Under the pieces are notes generated by a model, which saw nothing but the letters and a program-made list of their open reading frames with translations, was not told the DNA's origin and ran no database searches. The position numbers and the translations under genes were made by a program. DNA of 64,000 bases from Chitinophagales bacterium (GTDB lineage: Bacteria; Bacteroidota; Bacteroidia; Chitinophagales; Saprospiraceae): positions 9,407 to 73,406 of the forward strand of contig JBBSPZ010000005.1 of the NCBI GenBank assembly GCA_038258275.1, written 5' to 3'. Shown piece after piece: positions 45,438-54,746 of the stretch (positions are counted from its first letter, which is position 1; every line of letters begins with the position of its first letter).

Positions 45438-47225
45438 GTGATTCCACCCCGCGACTATTATACCGCCCTAGCCAAGGAGCAGCTGGCCCTGGCCGATCAC
45501 TTGCAGGCCCGCTATGATCGCCTCTCGATCGTTCGTCTGATCGTTTTTCTCGCCTACCTCGGGGTGCTGATACTTTGCTGGACCAGCTCCGCCTGGCTGG
45601 GGCTGGCGCTAAGCCTACTCGGGGTGGCCCTGTTTGGATACGGCGTGCGGCTTCACCAGCGGATCGGGCAGCGGGCGGCACGGGCGCGGGTGCAGTGGGA
45701 ACTGGCCGAAGCGGAACTGCTCGGCCTGCAACATCAGTTCACCCACTGGCCGGATGGGGAGGAATTCCTGGATCCCTCGCATCCCTACGCGGTCGATCTG
45801 GATCTGTTCGGCCCCCACTCGCTCTACCAATTCCTCAACCGTACCGTCACCGCACCGGGTGCCCGGCGGCTCGCGGATCAGCTTCGCTACCCCGCCACCC
45901 ACGCCGTGAGTGAACGCAGGCGCGCCGCGGGCATCGAACTGGCCGGCGAACCGGCCTGGTGCCTGTCGTTCCGAACCCTCGGCAGCGAACTGCGGGACGA
46001 CCCCGCCTATACCCGCCGCCTGCTGGAGTGGCTCCAGCGTCCGCCGGTGATCGAGGGCGCCTACGCCCGGGCAATGCGGTGGGCCGCACCCCTGCTTGCC
46101 GTGGCGGGACTTTGGTTCTCCTTCACCCAGGAGCCGTGGCAGCTCGGCCTGCTATTCTTTCTCCCCGCCTTTCTGTTGGTGCGGCGCTACGGGGAAGCGG
46201 CAGCCGCCGAGCACGCCTTTACCGCCCAGGCGGGAAAGATGCTGGCGGGCTACGGCCTGCTGTTGCGCCACCTCGAGGAGCGCGATGCGGGGAGCAGTCC
46301 CGGGGCCTCTGCCGCCCTCGTCCGGCTGGCTTTCTTCGTAAGCCAGCTCGACGTGCGGTACAACCCCTTCGTCTTCGTGCTGGAGATCACGGGATTGTGG
46401 AGCCTCCAGTGGCTGTCGCGCCTCGACGACTGGCGGAGTGCTCACCGCGAGGACCTGCCCCGCTGGCTCGACGTACTGGCCGAGACCGACGCGCGGGTGA
46501 GCTGGGCCACCCTGCGCTTCAACCGCCCGGAATGGACCGAGCCCGACCTGACCGACGCGCGGGTACTGGAGGCCACCGCCCTGGGCCATCCCCTGCTCAA
46601 GCCGGAAGTGCGCGTCACGAACGATATCCACATGTCTACCGATGGCCACATCGAACTGGTCACGGGCAGCAACATGGCCGGAAAATCTACCTGGCTTCGG
46701 ACCGTGGGCGTGAACATCGTCCTGGCCCGTGCCGGAGGCCCCGTATGTGCCCGGCACCTGCGCACCGCCGCCCTGCAGGTCTGGACGTCGATGCGCACCC
46801 AGGATGCGCTGAGTGAGAGTACTTCCAGCTTTTATGCCGAGCTAAAGCGACTAAAGGCGATCATCGAGGCGGTGAGCGACCCCGGCCAACAGGTGTATTT
46901 TCTACTCGACGAGATTCTGAAGGGCACCAACAGCCGGGACCGCCATACCGGGTCGCGGGCCCTGATCAAGCAGCTGATCCGCGACCGCGGGGCGGGTATC
47001 ATCGCTACCCACGACCTCGAACTGGCGGCGCTGGAGGAGGAGTCGAACGCGGCCGGAGAGCGGCGGGTTGAGAATTATGCCATGGAGGTAGCGACCAAAA
47101 ACGGCGAACTGGTGTTTGATTACAAGCTTCACCGGGGGGTAAGCCAGAGCTTCAACGCCACTGCCCTCATGGCCCGCATGGGGATCGAGATCGACCCCGC
47201 GGACATAAAACTGACCCACGATTAA
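45438..47225 (+). CDS. MutS-related ATPase (MutS domain V with N-terminal TM helices)
   Basis: Motifs LGHPL, VTGSNMAGKSTWLR, SSFYAEL.RLK, LDEILKGTNS.DR and ATHDL. No mismatch-binding domain. Confidence 0.88.
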   Translation: MIPPRDYYTALAKEQLALADHLQARYDRLSIVRLIVFLAYLGVLILCWTSSAWLGLALSLLGVALFGYGVRLHQRIGQRAARARVQWELAEAELLGLQHQFTHWPDGEEFLDPSHPYAVDLDLFGPHSLYQFLNRTVTAPGARRLADQLRYPATHAVSERRRAAGIELAGEPAWCLSFRTLGSELRDDPAYTRRLLEWLQRPPVIEGAYARAMRWAAPLLAVAGLWFSFTQEPWQLGLLFFLPAFLLVRRYGEAAAAEHAFTAQAGKMLAGYGLLLRHLEERDAGSSPGASAALVRLAFFVSQLDVRYNPFVFVLEITGLWSLQWLSRLDDWRSAHREDLPRWLDVLAETDARVSWATLRFNRPEWTEPDLTDARVLEATALGHPLLKPEVRVTNDIHMSTDGHIELVTGSNMAGKSTWLRTVGVNIVLARAGGPVCARHLRTAALQVWTSMRTQDALSESTSSFYAELKRLKAIIEAVSDPGQQVYFLLDEILKGTNSRDRHTGSRALIKQLIRDRGAGIIATHDLELAALEEESNAAGERRVENYAMEVATKNGELVFDYKLHRGVSQSFNATALMARMGIEIDPADIKLTHD

Positions 47226-47234
47226 CACCTAAGC

Positions 47235-48251
47235 ATGAGTAAAGGAAAGATTTTAGTCACCGGAGGCACCGGCTACATTGGCAGCCATACCCTGGTGGAC
47301 CTCATCAATAACGGCTTCGACGTCGTGAGTGCCGATAACTACCACAACAGCAAGGCCAACGTGCTGGACGGCATCGAGGCAATTACCGGCGTGCGGGTGG
47401 TCAACCACGTGGTCGACCTCTCCGATCAGGCCGCTACCGCCAAGGTATTCGCCGCCCATAAGTTTGACGGCGCCATCCACTTCGCGGCCTACAAGGCCGT
47501 AGGAGAGAGCGTAAGCAAGCCCCTGGAATACTACCGCAATAACCTCAACAGCCTCATCAACGTCATCGACGGCCTCCGGAAACAGGGAAGCAGCAACCTG
47601 GTGTTCTCCTCCAGCTGCTCGGTGTACGGCAATGCCGATGAGCTGCCGGTCACGGAAAACACCCCGCGCAAAGAGGGGGAAAGTCCCTACGCCCGCACCA
47701 AGCAGTTTGGGGAAGACATCCTGTACGATTACTGTGCCGCACAGCCCGATTTTTCGGCGATCCTGTTGCGCTATTTCAATCCCGCCGGAGCCCACCCGAG
47801 TGGAAAAATCGGGGAAGACCCTTCTACCCTCGCCAGCAACCTGGTGCCGGTGATCACCGAAGTCGGTGCCGGCAAGCGGGACAAGATGACGGTATTCGGC
47901 ACCGACTACGACACTCGCGACGGCAGTTGCGTGCGGGATTACATCCACGTTGCCGACCTGGCCCACGCCCATACCCTGGCGCTGGAATCCATGATCGGTC
48001 GTACGCCGGCCGTGAATCCCGCCCTCTACAACCTGGGGATCGGAGAAGGACTGACGGTGCTGGAAATGATCAACGCCTTCGAAAAAGTGAGCGGTAAGAC
48101 ACTGAACTACGAGCTCGGCCCGCGCCGCGCCGGTGACGTAATGGCCGTATACGCCGACCGCAGTAAAGCGACGCGGGAACTGGGGTGGGAACCCGAGTAC
48201 GGCGTGGAAGAAATCATGCGCACCGCCTGGGCGTGGGAGGAGAAGCGCTAG
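47235..48251 (+). CDS. galE: UDP-glucose 4-epimerase
   Basis: Motifs ILVTGGTGYIGSHT, HFAAYKAVGESV..PL.YY.NN, FSSSCSVYG, YxxxK (YARTK), LRYFNPAGAH and RDYIHV.DLA. Confidence 0.96.
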   Translation: MSKGKILVTGGTGYIGSHTLVDLINNGFDVVSADNYHNSKANVLDGIEAITGVRVVNHVVDLSDQAATAKVFAAHKFDGAIHFAAYKAVGESVSKPLEYYRNNLNSLINVIDGLRKQGSSNLVFSSSCSVYGNADELPVTENTPRKEGESPYARTKQFGEDILYDYCAAQPDFSAILLRYFNPAGAHPSGKIGEDPSTLASNLVPVITEVGAGKRDKMTVFGTDYDTRDGSCVRDYIHVADLAHAHTLALESMIGRTPAVNPALYNLGIGEGLTVLEMINAFEKVSGKTLNYELGPRRAGDVMAVYADRSKATRELGWEPEYGVEEIMRTAWAWEEKR

Positions 48252-49051
48252 TGGCCAGCCTGCGTTTACTGGGCACGGCGACTTCCCAGGGGGTACCCGT
48301 CATCGGTTGCCGGTGCCCCGCCTGCACGTCGGCCGATCCCCGCGACCAGCGCTACCGCACCAGCGCCCTTCTTTGCGTGGGCGACGCCCGGCTGTCGATC
48401 GACGCCGGGCCGGATTTTCGCTCCCAGTTGCTGCGGGCGGGAGTCGAACGGCTGGACGGCATCGTCCTGACCCACGAACACAACGACCATACGGCCGGAC
48501 TGGACGATGTGCGCCCCTTCTGCTTCACGCAGCAGATGGACATGCCGGTGTACTGCCTGCCCCGGGTGGCCCGGGAGTTGAAGGAGCGCTTTGCCTATGC
48601 CTTTTCCAACTACCCGGGTGTGCCGAAACTAGACGTGCGGGAGGTGAATTTCGGCCACCGGATTCCCTTTGCCGGCCAGGAGCTGGAATTGCTGCGGGTC
48701 GCCCACGGCCAGCTACCCATCCTTGGCCTGCGCATCGGTGACCTCGCCTACCTGACCGACGTGAAGGAGCTGCCCGCCGAAACCCTGGCGCGCCTGCGCG
48801 GGCTGGATACCCTCGTCCTTTCCTGCCTCAACCACCGCGGCACCCACAGCCACCTATCGGTCGAAGAGGCGCTGGGCTACGTCGACCTGATTCAAGCCCG
48901 GGAAACGGTGCTCATTCACCTCAGTCACCGGCTCGGCCCCCACGCGGAATTCCAGTCGCAACTGCCCGCCGGGGTGCGCGTCGGCTACGACGGGATGCGA
49001 CTGGACCTTAAAATGGCGTTAAACAAGGTCGAGGGAGCGGCAACCCCCTGA
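48251..49051 (+). CDS. MBL-fold metallo-hydrolase (PhnP/YycJ-like)
   Basis: Motifs LGTATSQGVPVIGC.C..C, IDAGPDFRSQ, THEHNDH and HLSH. The GTG start overlaps the galE stop. Confidence 0.9.
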   Translation: MASLRLLGTATSQGVPVIGCRCPACTSADPRDQRYRTSALLCVGDARLSIDAGPDFRSQLLRAGVERLDGIVLTHEHNDHTAGLDDVRPFCFTQQMDMPVYCLPRVARELKERFAYAFSNYPGVPKLDVREVNFGHRIPFAGQELELLRVAHGQLPILGLRIGDLAYLTDVKELPAETLARLRGLDTLVLSCLNHRGTHSHLSVEEALGYVDLIQARETVLIHLSHRLGPHAEFQSQLPAGVRVGYDGMRLDLKMALNKVEGAATP

Positions 49052-49093
49052 GCCCGTTCGTTCCATAGGATAAGCCCTTACCTTCATCCGCCC

Positions 49094-50974
49094 ATGCTGC
49101 TACGCCTCCTTCTTCTTGTCCTGCTGCTCCCGGTTTCCGCGGGGCTTGTGCGGGCACAGGGGCAGCCGCCAGCCGCCGCGAAGGAAGTGGTCAGCATCGA
49201 TCACGCCAATGAGCTGCGGATGCTGGAGCAGGGAACCCGGCAGCGGCTGATCGGAGAGGTAGAGTTCAGCCAGGATAGCATCTTCATGTACTGCGACAGT
49301 GCCGAGCTGGTCAGCGAAGTACAGCTCTATGCCTACGATAACGTGGTCATTCAGCAGGGCGACAGCATTGCCGCCTTTTCCGAATACCTGGACTACAACG
49401 CGGAGACCATGCTGGCCAAGCTCCGCCGGCAGGTCGTCCTGAAACGCGGGCAGACGGAACTGTTTACCGACGAACTCGACTACAACCTGGCGACCAAACT
49501 GGCCACCTACCACACCGGCGGACGGGTGACCAACGGCACGACTACCCTCAGCAGTACCCACGGATACTATTATGCGGACTCGCGAAACGTCTACTTCCGC
49601 GATAGCGTGGTGGTCGTCGATGAGCGTTTCGAAATGCGGGCCGATACCCTGCGCTACGACCTGGCCAACGAGCGGGTATACTTCCTGGGCCCGACCGTCA
49701 TCCGCAGCGACACCCACAACATCTACTGCGAAGGTGGCTACTACGACGTGGCCCTGGACGAGGCGGTCTTTCGCACCAATGCCCAGTACCAGAGCGGGGA
49801 CCGACTGGCGGCGGCGGACTCCATCCGCTACTTCGGCCGGCAGGAACTTTACATTCTGGAGGGCAGCGCCTACGTGGCGGAAGGAGCATCCCAGCGGGCC
49901 ACCGCCGACCGCATCAACTACTTCCGGGCCCAGGATCGCTACCAGTTGGCCGGGAATGCGCGGGTGGTAGATTCCGTACAAACGGTCACCGGCGACTCGA
50001 TCGACTACAACGCCCTGAACGATTCCTACAGCGTGGTCGGGGGCCGACCGCGGGTTTCCAATCCACCCATGATCCTGCAGGCCGACCGGATGTATTCCGA
50101 CGAGGCGAGCGGACTCGGCATTGCCCTGGGGAACATCCTCTGGCGCGATACGTCCGCTAACCTCCAGATCGAAGCCGAGCGGGCCGATTACCGCCAGGCC
50201 ACCGGTTATCTGAAGGCCTACGGCGGACAGCGGGGGCGTGCCCTGCTGACCACCGTCCTGGACCAGGATACGATGTTCATGGCCGCGGATACCCTGCTTT
50301 CCTATCAGTCGGAGGAGGTGAACGCCCGGGGAGACACCATTCGCTACCTCTCCGCGTACAAGGACGTCCGTATCTTGAAATCCGACCTCCAGGCGGTCGC
50401 CGACTCGCTCGGTTTCAACACCGTCGACTCCGTACTCACGCTTTACCAGGATCCGATCCTGTGGCAAGACACCAGCCAGCTTACCGGGGATACCATCGAC
50501 CTCTACCTCAGGAATAACCAGCCGGACATGGTGCACCTGCGACGCAACGCCATGGTGATCACCTCCCCCGACCTGCTCTTCTATAACCAGGTGAAGGGAA
50601 AGGATATCATTGCCCACTTCGACAGCAGCCAGCTGCGGCAAACGGAGGTAGTGGGCAACGCCGAGGCGATTTACTACGCCCAGGACGAAACCGGCGGGTA
50701 TATCGGCGTCAATAAGACGGCCTGCAGTAAAATGATCCTCTACTTCGCGGATGGGGGCGTCGAACGCATCAAATTCCTCAGTGCGCCTTCGGGAAAACTG
50801 GATCCAATGGGGTCCGTCGACCACGACGCATTCCGCCTGGAAGGGTTCCGGTGGGAGACCAGCCGCAAGCCCCAAACCCTCGCAGACCTCTTCCGCCCTC
50901 CGGTCCCCACCTTTGAACCCGTCGCCGTACCCGAAGCCGACGCCGGCCCGCTACAGGGACCCGACGGAGAGTGA
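49094..50974 (+). CDS. OstA-like (LptA/LptD N-terminal beta-jellyroll) periplasmic protein
   Basis: Signal peptide. Motifs V.F.QD...MYCDSA, L.TD.L.Y, SD.QAVADSL and P.LW..TSQLTGDTI. Confidence 0.85.
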   Translation: MLLRLLLLVLLLPVSAGLVRAQGQPPAAAKEVVSIDHANELRMLEQGTRQRLIGEVEFSQDSIFMYCDSAELVSEVQLYAYDNVVIQQGDSIAAFSEYLDYNAETMLAKLRRQVVLKRGQTELFTDELDYNLATKLATYHTGGRVTNGTTTLSSTHGYYYADSRNVYFRDSVVVVDERFEMRADTLRYDLANERVYFLGPTVIRSDTHNIYCEGGYYDVALDEAVFRTNAQYQSGDRLAAADSIRYFGRQELYILEGSAYVAEGASQRATADRINYFRAQDRYQLAGNARVVDSVQTVTGDSIDYNALNDSYSVVGGRPRVSNPPMILQADRMYSDEASGLGIALGNILWRDTSANLQIEAERADYRQATGYLKAYGGQRGRALLTTVLDQDTMFMAADTLLSYQSEEVNARGDTIRYLSAYKDVRILKSDLQAVADSLGFNTVDSVLTLYQDPILWQDTSQLTGDTIDLYLRNNQPDMVHLRRNAMVITSPDLLFYNQVKGKDIIAHFDSSQLRQTEVVGNAEAIYYAQDETGGYIGVNKTACSKMILYFADGGVERIKFLSAPSGKLDPMGSVDHDAFRLEGFRWETSRKPQTLADLFRPPVPTFEPVAVPEADAGPLQGPDGE

Positions 50975-50986
50975 TTACTTTTGCGT

Positions 50987-51751
50987 ATGCTCAGATGCGT
51001 CTTCCTTCTTTCTCTTTTTCTCGTCTGCATCGGCAGCGGGTTCGGCCAGGCCGGGGTTGACCTGGCCACTGCCCAGCGCGAACTGGCGGACGGCGACTTT
51101 GCCCATGCCGCCGACCTGATGGACAGCCTGGAGACCAGGGGGGAAGTCAACGCCGATTTCTACCTCTCCCTCGGGAACGCCCGCTTTGAATCCGGCGCGC
51201 CCGGCCGGGCCATTCTCGCTTACGAGCGGGGATTGCGGCTGCGCCCCGGGAATAAAGACCTGGCCAACAACCTCCGGTTCGTCCGGGAACAAACCGGCCT
51301 GGGGGTCGCCGCCGTGCCGGACTTCTTCCTGCTCCGCTGGTGGCGCATCGCCGGGGCCGCCCTCGGCACTACGTTTTCCTACGTCCTGAGCCTGCTTTTC
51401 TGGTGGATTGCCGTGGCTGGATGCGTCTGGTGGATCCTCCGGCGCGCCGGAATGGAGGAGAAGCAGCGCTTTACCCTGCTGCCGGCCGCGGCAGTGGCCG
51501 TCTGCGTAGCCGCCGCTTTTTTCGTGCTCGGACAGAGTAGGTATACCTACCTGCACCAGGCGGACGAGGCCGTGCTGGTTGCCCCTGCCGCGACTTTACG
51601 GGTGTCTCCCACTCAGGCCGGATCCGTCGAGGCGGAACTGGAGCAGGGGTACAAACTCCGGATCATTGACGAGGTGAATGGCTACGTAAAGGTACAGCTG
51701 GCCGACGGCAGACAGGGGTACTTACTGCGCAGTGAGATCGAGGTGATCTGA
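50987..51751 (+). CDS. BatE-like TPR + TM + SH3 protein
   Basis: Motifs FYLSLGNA.F..G..G.AIL.YERGL.L.P...D..NNL. C-terminal SH3-like ELEQG.KLRIIDEVNGYVKVQLADG..GY. Confidence 0.8.
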   Translation: MLRCVFLLSLFLVCIGSGFGQAGVDLATAQRELADGDFAHAADLMDSLETRGEVNADFYLSLGNARFESGAPGRAILAYERGLRLRPGNKDLANNLRFVREQTGLGVAAVPDFFLLRWWRIAGAALGTTFSYVLSLLFWWIAVAGCVWWILRRAGMEEKQRFTLLPAAAVAVCVAAAFFVLGQSRYTYLHQADEAVLVAPAATLRVSPTQAGSVEAELEQGYKLRIIDEVNGYVKVQLADGRQGYLLRSEIEVI

Positions 51752-51777
51752 AGCCGGGCGGGTGCGGTACGGTAAGG

Positions 51778-51987
51778 CTACAGCAGGTCCTTAACGCTGA
51801 TGTAGAGTCCACCGATCACCCCGACGAGGCTCATTAGAATGGTGATCCAGGGGTTGGTACCGAGCTGGCCGTCGGCCCAGATGCCGATGAAAATGCTTAT
51901 TCCGATGGTGCCAATGAGCTGCGCCCCGATGCCCATGTATTTGGTCCAGGCACGCCCATTATCGGCGGCGGGCTTAGGCGACGGCAT
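51778..51987 (-). CDS. AtpZ/AtpI (ATPase_gene1) family small membrane protein
   Basis: Motif KYMGIG.QL...IG..IFIG.WAD..LGT.PW...MSLVGV. Confidence 0.8.
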   Translation of the reverse strand: MPSPKPAADNGRAWTKYMGIGAQLIGTIGISIFIGIWADGQLGTNPWITILMSLVGVIGGLYISVKDLL

Positions 51988-52432
51988 GCGCGGGTGCTTC
52001 TTTCTCGTCGGTCGGGCTGACGGGTTCTTCCGCGGGTGCGTCCACTTCGTTGAGGGTGCAGGTAATGTCCAACGTACTACCTGCCCCTATTGTCGTCACT
52101 CCGGCGCGCAGGCTACCGGACACGCGGGCGGTTTCCTTTACGGAGAGCGTCTGGGCGACTTGCATGTTGCCGCGGTACTCGCCCTCGATGTGGGCGCTCT
52201 CGCAGCTTACGTCCCCTTCGACGGAGCCCCGTGGACCGATGATCACCTTGGCTTTACAGAGGAGGTCGCCGACCAGGCGGCCGTCGATGCGAATATCGCC
52301 GCTCGCTTCCAGGTCTCCGGTGATGACGGTGTGCTCGTCAATGGTATTGACGCCGCCGATCGTGATGGGGGTACCCGGGGTACGCTCCGTGGCCAACTGG
52401 GCCAGTTTTTTCTTCTTTCCGTTGCCGAACAT
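51974..52432 (-). CDS. Bactofilin (polymer-forming cytoskeletal protein)
   Basis: Motifs NTID..TVITGDL...GDIRIDG.LVG.L....KVIIG..GSVEGDV. Confidence 0.9.
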   Translation of the reverse strand: MFGNGKKKKLAQLATERTPGTPITIGGVNTIDEHTVITGDLEASGDIRIDGRLVGDLLCKAKVIIGPRGSVEGDVSCESAHIEGEYRGNMQVAQTLSVKETARVSGSLRAGVTTIGAGSTLDITCTLNEVDAPAEEPVSPTDEKEAPAHAVA

Positions 52433-52459
52433 GGGGTGTTGTAGTATAGTGTCGCAGTC

Positions 52460-53506
52460 TTAGAACTGCGGGCAATATACTCCACGCCGCTGGTTTCCGC
52501 AGATCTTGTACTGCAGGGAGAGTTCGAAGCCGCCGTTTCCATCGGTAGCGACCTTGAGGTCGCTGGTATTGATGTCGTAGCTGAAGCCAAGGGCGAAGTT
52601 TTCGTAATCGAACCGGGTGCTCAGGATGAGGGCATCGGTCAGCACGCTGCTGTCGAGCCGGTTGCTGATGCGGGTCCAGAGTCCAAGCTGGAAGGACTGG
52701 GTGGAGGAGTTGCTGCCACCGTCGAGCAGGAACTTGACGTTGGTGCCGGCATTCACCTGGAAGCTGGGGCCCTGGCTCATGACGATGACCCCCGGGACGA
52801 GTCCGAAGCGGCTGGTCATCATGAATTCACCGCCGCCATGGGCGGTGTAGCGGCTGTACTGCAGGTCTTCCCCATCGTTGGAAAAGCTCTGGTTGGCGCG
52901 GTTGAGGTGGTGAAATGCCCCTCCGAGGTAGAGGCTGTTGTTTTCGTCAAAGACCATGAACCACAGCAGGCCACCGGCTAGGTCGGCGAACAGAAACTGG
53001 TCGCGGTCAAGGCCGGTCTCCCCACTCGGAGCGTTGGGGTCGAAGCCACCGTCGCCGTCGTGCTGGGAACCCCAGCGGAGGGCCAGGAAATTGAGGCTGC
53101 GCTGAGCAGCGCCAAACTCCGCACCCGCTACGAGGTAGTTGCCGAATTTGCGGTTCCCCCCTACCTTCTTGGAATAGCTGGCGGATGCCTTGGCGGTGGT
53201 CGTAGCGAAATTGGCCTCGCCGGCACGGTCGCCCCAGAAAGTGCCCCCAATGCCAAAAAAGTCGTCGCGGCCCACGGCGATGCGTTGGTCGTAGCTGACG
53301 CTGTAGGTCTGGAAGGCATTGGCGCCGAGTACGGAAGCCCACTGGCTGCGGTAATTCACCGCGATGCGGCTGTTACAGTTCATCACCCCCGTCATGGCCG
53401 GATTGAGGTTGAGGGGAGACATATAGAATTGGGAGAAGTGGATGTCCTGTGCCTGCAGACCTGCGGCACACAACAACGCAAAGAGGAGAGTATGGACTAA
53501 CTTCAT
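52460..53506 (-). CDS. PorP/SprF family type IX secretion system membrane protein
   Basis: Motifs QDIHFSQFY.SP.NLNPA.TG, NYRSQW, GFSYD..TS.L and G.FELSL.Y. TACTTTTG promoter at 53570-53577. Confidence 0.92.
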   Translation of the reverse strand: MKLVHTLLFALLCAAGLQAQDIHFSQFYMSPLNLNPAMTGVMNCNSRIAVNYRSQWASVLGANAFQTYSVSYDQRIAVGRDDFFGIGGTFWGDRAGEANFATTTAKASASYSKKVGGNRKFGNYLVAGAEFGAAQRSLNFLALRWGSQHDGDGGFDPNAPSGETGLDRDQFLFADLAGGLLWFMVFDENNSLYLGGAFHHLNRANQSFSNDGEDLQYSRYTAHGGGEFMMTSRFGLVPGVIVMSQGPSFQVNAGTNVKFLLDGGSNSSTQSFQLGLWTRISNRLDSSVLTDALILSTRFDYENFALGFSYDINTSDLKVATDGNGGFELSLQYKICGNQRRGVYCPQF

Positions 53507-53644
53507 AATCGGGGTAGAGCGGCGGTTAAAGCTAATTTGTGGAGAGACGGGAATCCTAAGGGGGACGAACAAAAGTACGTATTACGATCGGGCGGATACC
53601 CGGACGAAGGGGTAACGCACCCCGGTGGCCGATTAGTCTTTATG

Positions 53645-53680
53645 GAATAAAAAGACCGGTCACGCATGCGGACCGGTCTG
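53645..53680 (-). terminator. Intrinsic terminator on the minus strand with no annotated upstream CDS
   Basis: Minus strand reads CAGACCGGTC-CGCATGCGT-GACCGGTCTTTTTATT: a perfect 9-bp stem followed by a U-tract. Confidence 0.7.
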
Positions 53681-53770
53681 GAAATAAACACCTAAAACCC
53701 TATTAATGTCTTAGTGACCCTACACCAGGTAGTGCCAGCTAAATTTCTTAACCCCGGTGCACTGGCCCTG

Positions 53771-53788
53771 ATGTCATCGATATGACAT
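53771..53788. promoter_or_regulatory. 7-4-7 palindrome ATGTCAT-CGAT-ATGACAT, candidate operator
   Basis: Perfect 7-bp inverted repeat 67 nt upstream of the symporter ATG. Confidence 0.4.
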
Positions 53789-53855
53789 AACTAAGGTGCC
53801 GGAGTGGAAGCAAAAATAGAAGGAAAATTCCAATGGGAAAAATTTAGAACTGAAA

Positions 53856-54746
53856 ATGCCTGACCTACTCATCACGGCCGTCCTCGCCCTTATTATGGTT
53901 TCCATCGGCCTGAGCCTGCGGTCCGTCGATTTTAATCACCTGTTCTTTTCACCCAAGCCCCTGTTATTAGGATTGTTCCTACAATTAATCGCCCTACCTG
54001 CGCTTGCGTTCACGGTGATGGACTTCGCTGGTCTTCCCCCTGCATTTTCGATCGGATTTTTAATCCTGGCTGCCTGTCCGGGCGGTCTTTCCAGTAATTT
54101 TATCTCTTTTCTCCTGCGTGCGAATACCGCACTGGCCGTGAGCCTGACGATCTGCAACTCGGCGCTGTCCATGCTCACGGTACCTTTTCTGGTAAATCTT
54201 GCCCTGGAGCGGTTTGCTTCCCTTACCACTCCTGCTCACCTGCCCCTGTTGCCGACGGCTGCCCGAATCTTCCTGATCGTTTTGTTGCCCGTCATCACCG
54301 GCATGCTCGTCCGCCATTTTCTGCCCCGGGCCGCGGAGGCCATGCAGCGGCGTCTCCGCATCCTTGCGATGGGGCTGCTGGCCGCGGTATTCGTGATGAA
54401 GTTGACCGCCCCCCCCACCCACGGAGGGAGTGCCCTAACGGTAGATGAAGTCGGGCAAATTCTTCCCGTAGCCATCGTGATCAATGTACTTGCCCTCGCG
54501 CTCGGCTGGGCCTTCGGGTCGATGCTGCGCATGGACACCGATAACCAGGTCACCCTAGGGGTAGAGGTCGGTATTCAGAATACCAGCCTGGCCTTTCTGA
54601 TCGCCGGAAGCTTCCTGGCCAGCGAGCAGGCCCTGAAACCGGCCCTGGTGTATGCCATGTTCACCTTCTTTACGGCTGTCGGATACGGTCTGTTATTGAA
54701 GCCCGCCATGCTCAGCCGGCTGCGCAAGGAACTCAGCGATTGGTAA
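53856..54746 (+). CDS. Bile acid:sodium symporter (SBF) family transporter
   Basis: Motifs IMVSIGLSL, GL.LQL..LP..AF, ACPGGLSSNF.S.L..N.ALAVSLT and EVGIQNT.LA. Confidence 0.9.
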   Translation: MPDLLITAVLALIMVSIGLSLRSVDFNHLFFSPKPLLLGLFLQLIALPALAFTVMDFAGLPPAFSIGFLILAACPGGLSSNFISFLLRANTALAVSLTICNSALSMLTVPFLVNLALERFASLTTPAHLPLLPTAARIFLIVLLPVITGMLVRHFLPRAAEAMQRRLRILAMGLLAAVFVMKLTAPPTHGGSALTVDEVGQILPVAIVINVLALALGWAFGSMLRMDTDNQVTLGVEVGIQNTSLAFLIAGSFLASEQALKPALVYAMFTFFTAVGYGLLLKPAMLSRLRKELSDW

